This document shows, piece by piece, positions 50,437 to 62,431 of a stretch of DNA of 64,000 nt. The stretch's first letter is position 1. The number at the start of each line of letters is the position of its first letter. Source of the stretch: Raja brachyura. Its lineage: Eukaryota. The stretch spans positions 13,826,001-13,890,000 of the forward strand of contig OY740821.1 of assembly GCA_963514005.1 (NCBI GenBank), written 5' to 3'. The translations under genes were made by a program, and so were the position numbers. Below the pieces are notes generated by a model. The model saw only the letters and a list, made by a program, of their open reading frames with translations. It had not been told where the DNA came from and searched no databases.

Positions 50437-53400
50437 TGCACTCTAAAAGCAAGTTCCAGCATCTATCGCATAGTAGGAATAGTAGTTTTAATAATATAAT
50501 TGTAGTGCATATTTGAGATGGGTCAAACCATGGGTGATAAGTAAAAGAGCAATGTTGGAAATGCTCTGTCGATCAGGCAGCAACATTTTGGGTTGATATC
50601 TTATCAGTAATTTCTCTCTGAATTAATGTGAAATTAAGTTGGCCTATTCAGACGCATAGAACAAAATGGAAAATATTGAAGGCATTTTGAACATAAACTA
50701 TATAGGAAAGATTAATAACAGTTTTATTTTTAGCATTATGTCCATGATCTGCCAATGCAAAACTTATATAATTTCAATTTAAAAATTGTAATTGCTAATC
50801 TTGGATAGGCTCTCCATCATCTCTATTAACTCCCAGCTTTAGGATTGTAAATTTCCCATCAAATTTGGCAATATGCCAATATTGCACAGCATGAAAAAGT
50901 CCAAATAGTAATTACCAATGTGGCACACTGAAGGGCGTTCCGTCGGTGCGTAGTGGAGGAGAATGGCAAGAAACCAGTGGCAATAACAACAAAACTGAAG
51001 CACCATTAGTTTTTTTCTTTAATGGTATTGCTACTGATGCATTTGATTTGGCTACATACCAGAAAATGTGGGAGCATTCACAGATCCATGACATAAGAAG
51101 CAAAAGGCCACAAGATTTGTTTCTGATTATGTCGATTGAGATGAAGACGCTGTCTGGATACTGGAAGAATTCATAGTTTCTTGATTATAGTAACAGGATA
51201 TTTTATGCTCTCCTGAGACCAGTTAGGTCCTTGGTTTAAGATATCGTCTGAGAGGTTGCAACATTAATTTAAGCACCTTGGTATTGCGCCGAGGTGTCAA
51301 CTAAATTATAAATTCAATTCAAAGATGTAATTGTATGATGATACCTAGTCAATCATCTTTTCTATCTTTCTATTGCCTTCATTATGAAGATTTTACTTCA
51401 GCGCCAAATCCATTCAAAATCTAGATATCTCTGCTACAGATAATTTTGGCTTGGTCTTTATTCCAAGTTCACAGCTCAGGGGATCTTGTCCACTGGACTT
51501 CAAGCTAAATTGCTAGTAATTCAACGAATTGCCCCCTATGCTCATTCTGTTACAACATTATAACAGGCAAACAAAAATAAGTCACGTCATCTCTGGTTGG
51601 GAGAAGTGGGGTGTTTGGGTACGGAGGGTGATGGTATGGAATGAGTTTTAAGAGGCTCTATGCTGTGCTTCCTGCTTTCTTTTCCTTTGTGCCACCTGCT
51701 TCCCTTTTGTGTTGCTTGTAGGGGAACCAATCAAAAATCGCCTCTTAGTTGCTTTAAATGGTTTACTTGTTGGCATTCTTTTCAGTGGAAATAGGAATCG
51801 CTTCCACTCGAATATCCGTTTAAACAAAATTCAGACTGAGCAGCACCATAGGAAATCTGCTGTTTGATAAAAATGAGTCGCTTCCACGCCATGATCTGCA
51901 ATCACTTGTCATGGTTATTTGTATAGGTTGGGCTATGGCTGTTGTGAGTTGCTGTATTGGTTTCTTTCATATATTAGTAACAATGCGACAAAAGATTGTG
52001 GGGTAATTTAGGATGGATAATGGATTGCAAGCATGTTCCCTCCATAATTCGCCTGAATGTGTTTCTGTTGGATGTCACATGCAGGTAGGTGATAACTGCA
52101 TTTCTGAAATGTTTTTTTTCTTTTGTACGATGTCTTGCATTGATACCTACAAAATGAAATACCCTCTAGTTTTCGGCTGTGCAAGATTTTATTATTTGAA
52201 ACAGATTTCTTTTGTCTGTTGAATTGTTTGTAATGGAAATTTAATATTTGATATGAGCAAGATTATGTTTTAATGAAATTTGGCAAAATATGAAGTTGGA
52301 AGTGAAACTACAATGACCATGGTAATCCCAAATTGCTATGCCAACAGGTATGTCGGGTTTGATCACTACTGTATCGGTGCTACTTATTTACAATGACCTT
52401 ATGTTCAATTGACTTTCTTCCATGGTCACTTGAAATTCCTCAAAGCAGCTGACATTTGCCTGTCTATAAATATTTTAAGAATGCGGCAATTTGCAAAATA
52501 TGTTGTATTTCTGCTTATTTCTATCGTCACAATGCATAAAGGCGCATAAAATACTGATCAATTGAACTAAACAAGATTTAGTTTTTGCAACTCATTCAAC
52601 AGGTCCTAAATATGGCAGCCTGCTTTCTGCAAGCACTAACAAAACTGCATAGGTTTCTCCCACTGTTCTTGCCGTTTTTATGCAAATACCACTATTTCCA
52701 GACATGCATACATTTTGTGTTCATTTAAAACTAATTTCAAATGGTTTATTGAGGCTGCTAATATTTAAAGCCTTAAATCTCTTGATTTCCATTCACCCGT
52801 AACAGTGATTCATCGTAATGTTCCTATGTTACAGGGGAAGAACAAGTTGTTCTTGGGTCATTAGATTTTTTTTCCCCCCCCCCTGCTTTATTATCTTTGT
52901 AATAAGGAAGGGGTAGTATTTCATCTTGAGTTTTGTAAACAGGCCCATGATTCAACTGTCTTGTTGTATACTTTATAAATGCAATCTTTGAATTATTACC
53001 CTTTGGAAGGGTTTTACTAGAATTGCTTGGAATGGGTGCTAAAATGGTACATTTTGAGGAGATTTAATGTGATAGGGTACCTATTCTCCCATTTTAATAT
53101 GGAGCATTTATCTGATTGTTGCTATGCTTGTAGGATAGTTCATGGACAGGGTCAATGCTGGTGGTAGTGAGCTGTCGGGCTAACATACTGCAGGTTTTGC
53201 TTTATTGCTCTACTTCAGTGGGCAAGTTGTGATAATTCCCCGGCTCACCTTGCAGTGTGCCATTCACCCTGGTCTACAATTGTTTATGTTAAAATGATCT
53301 TTTATATATATTTTTTGAATTATTGAACCCAGTAACTAGTGAGATTTCAGGTTTAATCCTCAGCTTGCTTTGCTTTATCAAACCTACGCCAGAATATTTG

Positions 53401-54462
53401 TGGGGTAGTTTATAGGGCTGCACAGTGGTTGGCAGCTGCTGCCTCTCAGCTCCAAGCACCTGGGCTCATAGCTGTTTTCAGATTATCTCATATTTTCCCA
53501 TGGTAGACAAAAATGCTGCAGGTGAGGCAGCATCCATGGAGAGATGGAAATAGGTGACTTTTCGGGTCGGGACCCTTCAATTTCTTCTTATTTTACCAAA
53601 GTATTTCTGGCAGGTTAATTAGCTACTCTAAATTATAGAAGAATAAGTAATTATTAAGTAAGTAACCCCCTAATTATAAGTAAGTGGCAAAGAGAATCAA
53701 AGGGAAGTTAATAAGTGAGGAGAAGTTGCTGGGATACGGGGCAAGTAAAGTGGTAGTATGAGACGAGTGACGTTGTCATCCTGGGAGGTATAATTTATAA
53801 GATAAGTATAAAGAAATGGGGAAAATTTTATGATTTAAAAAAAAATAAAATAAAACTTTCCTCCAAATCTGTAAATTGTACGTGGATGGTCTTTTATTTT
53901 TCTCTTGTTTATTAATTAGACATTCCCAGACGACTCAGTTTAAGGTGACCAGTTGTGCTATATAGCCTATAAGTCCCAAGTCTTATCTCTGTTGTTATGA
54001 GTTATCTAATCACAGCTAGCTTGGTGGTATGGAATGTCACGTTGTCTTTCGGCGAGTTCTCCAACAGGGAGTGAAAATTAAATCAGTCTTGTTCCAGATC
54101 ACAATGCAGTGGCCCCTTCTGGCACTGCATGTGTGAGCATGTTTGGCTTTGATGTCCTTGCATGAGAATAGCTTCCTAATAGTTGAAAAACTGGGTGAGG
54201 AACAAGAAAACCCCTAAATCTAATATACCTATGTTGTCTTCATGAGTGGAAAGAAGCAATTTGAGACTGAGTAGATTGTTGAAATTCTATTATTTAATAT
54301 TGTAAGTACGTCTTCCATTAAATTGATGGAAATTTAAGCACTGATACGGGTGAATTGGTACATTTTCAGTTAATTCCCTTTGTCTTTGTTAAGATGTAAC
54401 TTGTTTTTCTTTTGCAGTTCCTTGCTGAGCATCTTGAATGAACAGCGCTGAATTAAACTAAA

Positions 54463-54950
54463 ATGTCAGGTACAGATCATGTAGTCAACACTGGCAACAA
54501 CATGACTGCCAATGGCATTGATATTTGCTGAGAACCCGTGCAACTTCTGCATCTGCGCCAAGCGCTGCAAGTTCTACCACCCAAAGGCAAATAAGGTTTT
54601 TGTGCTTGGCTTTTTTTCTGATGACCTACGTATTAAATTCTGGATACCAGTCTGCACTGACTGACAGAAGGTTGGACTCCAGTGATCAGGTGCAAATTGC
54701 TGATAGAACCATATAGGTACTGTGAAAATTGCAATGTGGAAAGCGTGTACCATTTTCCTGTGCTTTTTCCTTGAGTAGATGTCTATCGAGACATCCGCAA
54801 AATGATCCACATCATCAAGATGGGAATGATGTATCCTCAGATCATATCCAGTCGATTTCTCATACTTTCACAAAAAACGTATGCTGTGAAATTACAATTG
54901 CGAACAACACACGTGTCAAACCTGGAGCAAAATGCACGCATCTGCTAACT
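54463..54950 (+). pseudogene. ZC3H10: ZC3H10 pseudogene (copy 3)
   Basis: Acceptor ttttcttttgcag| at 54417/54418 and a 5' UTR like copies 2 and 4; MSGTDHVVNTGNNMTANGIDIC* with TGA at 54529 replacing the Arg of DICRD; after a frameshift, C..AKRCKFYHP; later CTGGAGCAAAATGCA (LEQNA) at ~54922. The 3' boundary is approximate. Confidence 0.75.
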
Positions 54951-55904
54951 GCCAGTGGGATTGTTTGCCTTCACATTGTAGGAAACAAGTGGAATACACT
55001 TCTCCCAGTGACGGTGGATAATGCTACTCTGAGAATATGATTGAGACCCAGCCTTTTTTATTATACTTTGTTAAATCTAGTAAATAGACCCCAGTTTTAA
55101 TTTTGACCTCAGTATCCCTGTACAATTCATTGTATGGAAGGGTGTTTATGTGAAGCTCATTGTGAATGTAATATGATTTACTACTATACGGTCACTATAA
55201 AATAGCTTTTGTCTGCCAAACTTCAGTTGATTTGTTTAACAACATGAGTGGTAACATATTGGAATATATTGTAAAGCAACTGCTCTAAACTCTGCTCCCT
55301 GCACTAATTGCGCTCCCAGAGAACTGCCAAACACCTTTTTTTAATAGCTTGTAGCTATCAAATTGGCTATCAAATTTATTTTTCTGGTTGCTGTTCTGTA
55401 GGACATGTTTTCATTGAGTTCTGCGTTATCCACTATCGGGTACGAATTATTTACTCGCCATTCGCAGCAATGGATCTGCTTTTCCTGAGACATCCTGTAA
55501 TCTGTTCCCCAAACATATCGTACTTTTCTTCAAATCCCTTTATTTTCTGCCTTGTTTTCTGAACCCAGGAAGCATTATCAATCTTTTTGTGGATTTCCTT
55601 TCTTAAATCATTCTGAAATTTTGGAATCTGTCTGTTGCTTAAATAGGGGCTGTATTATTTTCAGTTATACCTAGAAAGTATATTTAGGGGGGCAAAAACA
55701 TTGCTTGAATATCAATGTGCATATTGCAGCTTTTTAGGAAATGGTTCTTGTAGAGATCAGTTTGGGATGTTACTGTTGCAATCTATCATGTTCCTGCTAA
55801 TGTGAGGCTGAACATATAGATTTAACGTTTATAAACCACCTTGCTACATGGATTTGATAATTATTAATTCTAAATGCAACTGATTTTTTTTCCTTTCCAA
55901 CTCA

Positions 55905-55970
55905 ACCCGGGTCTCCGGCGCTGCAATCGCTGTAAGACAGCAACTCTACCGCTGCGCCACCGTGACCGCC
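55905..55970 (-). mobile_element. tRNA-SINE head fragment
   Basis: Minus strand GGCGGTCACGGTGGCGCAGCGGTAGAGTTGCTG...CCGGAGACCCGGGTT. Confidence 0.65.
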
Positions 55971-56659
55971 ATGTTCAGCAAACTACATGTAGTACAATGA
56001 CGACATAAAAATCATACAGTAATACACAAATAGATGCACCATTTATGAACAAAAACAAATGCGTCCCTTTGCTCAGTGGAAATATATTTGCAAATTATTA
56101 CTATCCATCTTTTGAGGAATCACATCCTGTTAAACCATGCAAAACTCTCAGAATCATGAAATTCCATATTGCTCTGAAACATTGCCTATTTTCATCTACT
56201 CCATAGATGCTGCCTCACCCGCTGAGTTTCTCCAGCATTTTTGTCTACCTTTGTTCTTGTAAGAGTTATCTAAGCTTATTCCATTTTCCTCTATTTACAA
56301 TTCTGGTTAATTCAGCAGCAAATTTGTTTTTTTTGGGGGGTTGTAAACAACTAATTAAACAAACAAAACATACCTATAAATCTCTGCACCTCTTGCATTT
56401 GGGACATAACATTCCTTCAATAGCTATTGCTTTCCCTTTATCAAAACCTACCTCACATCATTCTAATTTCATATTCCTCCTGTGCCTGTTAACTTGCATT
56501 GATTTTGGTCAGGCACCATCTCTGTTTTGAAATTTTCATTGTTTTATTTACATTTTTTTAATTGCCATGCTCTTTCTTAGCTCTAACCTCTTGCAGCCCT
56601 CTCAATTCTCTACATTCCTTCAGTTCTGGTTCTGACCCCTGATTTTCTTTGCTCCACTA

Positions 56660-56916
56660 GAGATGAGAAAGACTTTTTTCACACAGAGTGGTGAATCTCT
56701 GGAACTCTCTGCCACAGAGGGTAGTTGAGGCCAGTTCATTGGCTATATTTAAGAGGGAGTTAGATGTGGCCCTTGTGGCTAAGGGGATCAGAGGGTATGG
56801 AGAGAAGGCAGGTACGGGATACTGAGTTGGATGATCAGCCATGATCATATTGAATGGCGGTGCAGGCTCGACGGGCCGAATGGCCTACTCCTGCACCTAA
56901 TTTCTATGTTTCTATG
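56660..56916 (+). mobile_element. CR1 LINE 3' fragment
   Basis: Near-identical in reverse complement to 29010-29270; TTTCTATGTTTCTATG tail. Confidence 0.88.
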
Positions 56917-56998
56917 TATTCCACAATTTTTCATATTTTTAGTCACATATGGGCCTAATTGACGTGTGACCAAAAATATGAAAAATTGTGGAATACAT
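56914..56998. repeat. AT-rich inverted repeat (~33-bp arms)
   Basis: ATGTATTCCACAATTTTTCATATTTTTAGTCACA...TGTGACCAAAAATATGAAAAATTGTGGAATACAT. Confidence 0.85.
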
Positions 56999-58000
56999 CT
57001 CTTCTAGTTCTGAAAGTATTACAGGTATATTTTGCACTGTATATATGATCCTTTTTTTTGGTTTATCAAGCGAAATTTTTATGTTATGCTGGCGATGTTT
57101 GTTTAGGGTCAGAGGTCAAATATGACTGGTCACGTGTGTGCTCACACGGAAGCATTTTTTTCATTACTCAGTTTTATCTACAAACTGAATTTTAAAAAGC
57201 TAGAATGTTCATATATTTAGCAGACATGCATTATAGTTCTGCAGGTAGGAAAATAGCAATGAATAAGATTAATCTCTTACAATAATTTTTTTATGTATTA
57301 CTTTATGTGATGACGTCTGGTCACGTGTGTGAAATTTGGTTCACTTTCCAAAGAATGGCCCCTTAAATCATAGGGTCATACAGCATGGAGATAGGCCCTT
57401 TGGCCCAACTTGTCCATGTCAAGATGCCCCATCGAAGCTGCTCATATTTGCCTGCTTTTTGGCCATATTGCTATAGAACTTCTAGCTACGTTGTCTCAAA
57501 CTCGACTTCCCACCCTCAACTACTTCGCCTGCATGATTTTAATTCATTCCAAATATCCTTCCAATGGACCTTGGCTGTCACATGTCAACACTCCTGAGAA
57601 GTGTTTTAGGATATTAATATATAATATATTAAAAGCTCCTTGCAATTAAGTGCGTGTTATTTATACACTAGCCAATGTGAAATACACATTGGCTTTGTTA
57701 AACTTATAATTATTTGAAAGTACTTTCCATGAATCTGTTTGAAAAAAAAAACCCTGCGCTGCATCGTCTGATATCAGCACATTTCAAGTGGCATATATGG
57801 GTGATTTAATAATATTCACGCCTTAGTTTTGACCACATCACTTCCTTTGATTTCAGTGGAATATGACCTTTGAAAATGGACCTTTCTATAATCCATCAAA
57901 TAGCAATTAAACTGAGAAAAATTCTCAATTTGATTTAAATTCTCAAATATATTAAGTCACTGTCCATCAGATGCTTGGCCAACTATTTAAAAAGTATATA

Positions 58001-58400
58001 GACACAAAATACTGGAGTAACTCAGCAGATCAGGCAGCATCTATGGAGAGAAGGAATGGGTGACGTTTCGGGTTAATAGACAATAGGTGCAGGAGTAGGC
58101 CATTTGGCCCTTCGAGCCAGCACCGCCATTCAATGTGATCACGGCTGATCATCCCCAATCAGTACCCCGTTCCTGCCTTCTCCCCATATCCCCTGACTCC
58201 GCTATTTTTAAGAGAATTACACAGACTCACAACTCTGTGAGAAAACGCGTTTCCTCATTTCCGTTCTAAATGGCTTACCCCTTATTCTTAAAGGATAGAG
58301 ACCCTTCTTCACCTCGGGTCTCGACCCGAAACGTCGGCTATTCCTTCTCTCCATAAATGCTGCCTCACACGCTGAGTTTGTCCAGCATTTTTTGTCTGCC
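58001..58400. mobile_element. Penelope-like inverted pair with a nested CR1 3' fragment (58075-58290, minus)
   Basis: Left arm 58001-58072 ends GACGTTTCGGG and the right part resumes GAGACCCTTCTTCA...CCCGAAACGTC; CR1 tail sequence lies between them. Confidence 0.75.
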
Positions 58401-58714
58401 TTCGTGTTTGCTGAAATAATGCCGTTGTGATTATTTAATTGCTGCATTTTATTAAGTTTGGCTCTGACTCTACTACTTTTGCTTTGCTTTGGTATTCAGT
58501 ATAGTTTTCCTGTAATAGTTCAGTTTCAGAGTTTTATGATATGAATTCGTATACCGAGTTATTTAGAAGGGACGCTCGATCGCGAATGGGGAAAACTGGT
58601 GTGGTCATCTTGTCGTCTCCTTTGAGTCTTTCACGTCCTATTCTTTCCAGCGTCCCACGGTCTAATTCTGTGTTTAATTTAGGGAGGGTAGGGTGGGGGT
58701 GGGGGGGTAACACG

Positions 58715-58805
58715 GGGGCGCCATTTTAAATCCGACTTTTCGAGCCGCATTTTTCTGCGCCATAGTTACAAAATGGCGCCTGAAGGTATTGCGCCTAATC
58801 GGCGG
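58715..58805. promoter_or_regulatory. CpG-rich promoter-like patch with two inverted YY1 motifs
   Basis: GGCGCCATTTT (~58717) and AAAATGGCGCC (~58770) in a CpG-rich stretch (~58570-59090), about 5 kb upstream of the copy-4 coding exon. Confidence 0.5.
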
Positions 58806-59143
58806 ATGAATTTGCCAATTAGCCAAGTCGGTCGCCTTCCTTAAACTATCCCCCCCCCTCCCTCCTCCAAACCTCGATATTGATGTGTTGATTTTATCAA
58901 CTGATTTCAAAGCACGATTAATTTGCGCACGTGGAGGCTGCTTGGAAGTAAGATCCAGAGCCGTTGTCTTTCCCTGGCGCTGTAAATTGTGCACCCTCTA
59001 AACACCGCAGCTTCCAAAAATCGACGGTGCTTCAGCTCTTATCCTCGCCGTGTTACTCCTCCTCGCTTCACGATTTGTGCGCTCCTGGGTGTCACAGACC
59101 TGGGTTTTTTTTAAATTGAGACGAGGTTCAGAATACTTAATTA

Positions 59144-59240
59144 CGGGATACTGAGTTGGATGATCAGCCATGATCATATTGAATGGCGGTGCAGGCTCGA
59201 AGGGCCGAATGGCCTACTCCTGCACCTAATTTCTATGTTT
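59144..59240 (+). mobile_element. CR1 3' tail fragment
   Basis: Matches 56813-56910. Confidence 0.8.
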
Positions 59241-59879
59241 AATGGAGATACAAGCAACTGCAGATGCTGGAATCTTGATTTCATCCTCTATCGCAGAATT
59301 AACGACATGCCCACCCAGAATGGGATATTTAAGTTTTTCCAACGAGTAAGTTGTGTTGGAAAGGAGTTTTAAAGAAAAGCAAGCAGTGTTTATCCCTTCC
59401 TGGTTCCATCGTTCCCTTCCCCATCTGACTTGATCAATCACCTATCAGCCTCTGTCCCATCTGGTGCCACCCGCCCCTCATTCATTCCCAGTCTGGTTCC
59501 ACTTATCACCCACTAGCCTCTATCTCCCCACTCCCCACTATATTGACAATATTTCCTGTTTCCCTCAGTCCTGATGCAAGGTCTCAATCTGAAATGTCGA
59601 TTTAAATCTTTTGCCTCCACAGATGCCGAGTTCTTCCGGCATTCTGTTTGTAACAGCTTTTCCGATGTCCAAATTATCCCTCCCCTTTTCCACTCCTTGT
59701 TAATTAAACAAATAAATCAAAATCTGCAAATGCTGCCAGTCTGAAATACACGTCAAGTAAATGGTTTTGGTTGATGAAAGGTCATCAATAGAAAATCAGT
59801 GGATAATGAGGTCTGGGTATTGTAGCAGACATACCCTTATTATATTTGATTGTAATAAGGTGCGGCATATTGATAGAGA

Positions 59880-60700
59880 GTAGAAACAAGGAACTGCAGA
59901 TGTTGGCTTACGAAAAAGGACACCGCGCTGTAATAACTCAGTGGTTCGGGCAGCATCTCGAGAAAATAGATAGAGATATTGGTGCCAAACACTTCAAATG
60001 GCCATTATGACTATTTCATAATTTGATGTCAACCTGTGAATAATCATGGGTATTCGCTGTGAAATAAAGTACTGGAGTAATTCAATAGATCAGGCAGCAT
60101 CTCTGGAGAACATCGACAGACGTTTCTGGTTGGGACCCTTCCTTTGTCTGAAGAAGGGTCACGAAACATCACCTATCTATGTTCTCCACAGATGCTGCCT
60201 GACCCCCTGAGTTACTTCAACACTTTGTGTTATTTTTTGTGAACCAGCATCTGCATTTCCTTGTTGTAGGAAGGAACTGCAGATGCTGGTTTAAACTGAA
60301 GATAAGACACAAAATGTGGAGTAACTCAGCGGGACAGGCAGCATCTTTGGGTAGAAGGAATGGGTGACATTTCGGGTCGAGACCCTCCTTCAGACTTGCT
60401 CAGTCTGAAATGTCACACACTTGCTTGACCTGAAATGTCACACATTCCTTCTATCCAGAGAATTATATTTTGGATTGCTTCCTGAGATGAAATTGAGATT
60501 GCAGGCTCATGAGACAGTTTATAAGAATTGATGGAAGTAGGCAAAGTTTTGGGTCTAAACCCTTCTTCAAACTGTCTGAAGAAGGGTTTCGGCCTGAAAC
60601 GTTGCCTATTTCCTTCACTCCATAGATGCTGCTGCACCCGCTGAGTTTCTCCAGCACTTTTGTCTACCTTCGATTTTTCAGCATCTGCAGTTCCTTCTTA
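59880..60700. mobile_element. Cluster of Penelope-like terminal repeats with several degenerate hammerhead cores
   Basis: Repeated GGAACTGCAGATG/GAGTAACTCAGC/GGCAGCATCT blocks in both orientations; CTGAAGAAGGG at 60148 and 60576. Confidence 0.75.
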
Positions 60701-61254
60701 AAAACATTATAAGCACTGATGTCAGGCCAACTGGGAGGATATTAAAATAAATACCGTAAAATGTTGTCAGAAGTACAAGTTTGGTGGATTGGAAATTTTG
60801 GGGGACTTCCATAGCATGGAACCTTAGTGATTGAAGATAAGCATGGCTGCATTTGGTTGACCGATTAAATTCTAGGGAAAGCAGGAGACCAAAGTGAGAA
60901 GTGTTCAAAAACCTGAGGGTTTGGGACTGATACTGAGAGAGGGGAAGGGAGTCTTTGGAGGAATTTGAAAACACAAATGATAACTTTATGGTAAAGATGT
61001 TGCTCATCTGGGATCCATTGCTCACAGCGACACTAGGTGGTGCTGATTAGGATGCAGTATGTCATAAAACTTAGAGGGTAGAAAATTGTAAACTTAGATA
61101 AGGTGAATATACATTTAAGACTTAATTCTGTATTTTGAAGATGGTTAAAGGATGGAATGAATACATAGTTGACGTACATTTGGAAAACTGGGGTACCAAA
61201 AGGATTTTGTTTCTGTAGTTCTTAACATTGTAGTGCAGTTTCATAGACAAAGTT

Positions 61255-61690
61255 CAGTGTCTGCCACGGGGTAGAGGTGAATTGTACCCCAGCTTATGGA
61301 AGGACCATCCAGAAGCCTGATAACAGAAGGGTAGAATCTGTTCCCGAGTCTGGTGTTACACATTTTCAAGCTTCTCTATCTTCTGCCCGACGGGAGCAGG
61401 GAGAAGGAATGACCAGGGTGGGACAAATCTTTGATTATGTTGGATCGCTTGTGATGAACTGGGCTACATCCACAAATCCTTGCGGTCGTGGGCAGAGTTG
61501 TTCCCAAACCAAACTGTGATGCAACCTGACAGTATGCATTCTATGGTGCATCTGTAGAAGTTTGTAAGAGACATTGGTGATGTACCAAATTTTCTCGGTC
61601 TCCTGAGGAGGTTGGTGTGGTTTCTTGGCTATTGGCTCATTGTGGTTGGTCCACGATTGATTGTTGGTAATATTGATTCCAATTGAAACA
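61255..61690 (-). mobile_element. Rex1/Babar-type LINE fragment
   Basis: Degenerate similarity to the 45870-46200 LINE segment (GCCTGATAACAG...CTGTTCCCGAGTCTGG...CTTCTGCCCGACGG). Confidence 0.55.
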
Positions 61691-61698
61691 CTCGCCCA

Positions 61699-62431
61699 TT
61701 TTAACTTGGGCTGTTGAAAACGATGTTTAAATAAACTTCAGTGCTTGCATTTTCCTGTTTAAAACGTGGAAGGATTGATTATGGTTATATTGCAGAGAAT
61801 ACATCTGCACTCTAGATTTAATCCAAAGGGGGTTCACTGATTTAAAATGTTATTGGAAGGCCACATAGAAAAGAATGCAGCATTTTTCTCAAACGATGCA
61901 TTTTTAAATGACCGATCCAAACTTCATTAAGGTTTGATGTTTGTTATCTGTTTGGTATTGCCAGGCAATGCCAGGCTTCACTGTGTCTGCCGTCAACGGT
62001 GTTGGTGTTGCCTTCAGCTGGCGGGCGGCAGGGGACCGGGGTTTCCTCTTGGCTCGGAGGACCAGTCACTTTACACTTTACCCTTTACTGGGAGGACCTG
62101 CGTAGAGCCTCTTTGTGTCGGAGCTGTGAGGGAAGAAGCCGAGCCGAACTGTATAGGTATCCCAGCCCTGGTTTGTGAGTTTTCATGCACTTTAATGTAC
62201 CCGTGGCAATCTCGATTTGAATGTGCAAACGTTGTGCGGAGAGAGTCGGCATTTGTCTGCGGCCGGGAGGCGTTTTAATTGTAACAGGAAGTCGAGGCCT
62301 AAAGGCGCCATTGCGGCCTTAAATCCAAGCAAGGCGATAGTGAGATTCCTGCTGCTTCTCACAGCTACAATCTGGAGCGACTGAGCCTGTGTTCATCAAA
62401 GCACATGCTTAGATCTATAGATCGACGATAA
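61699..62431 (+). repeat. Duplicated module, copy B (putative promoter/5' non-coding exon upstream of ZC3H10 copy 4)
   Basis: 61896-62431 reads identically to 48121-48656, and both give the same 114-aa ORF translation. Confidence 0.9.
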
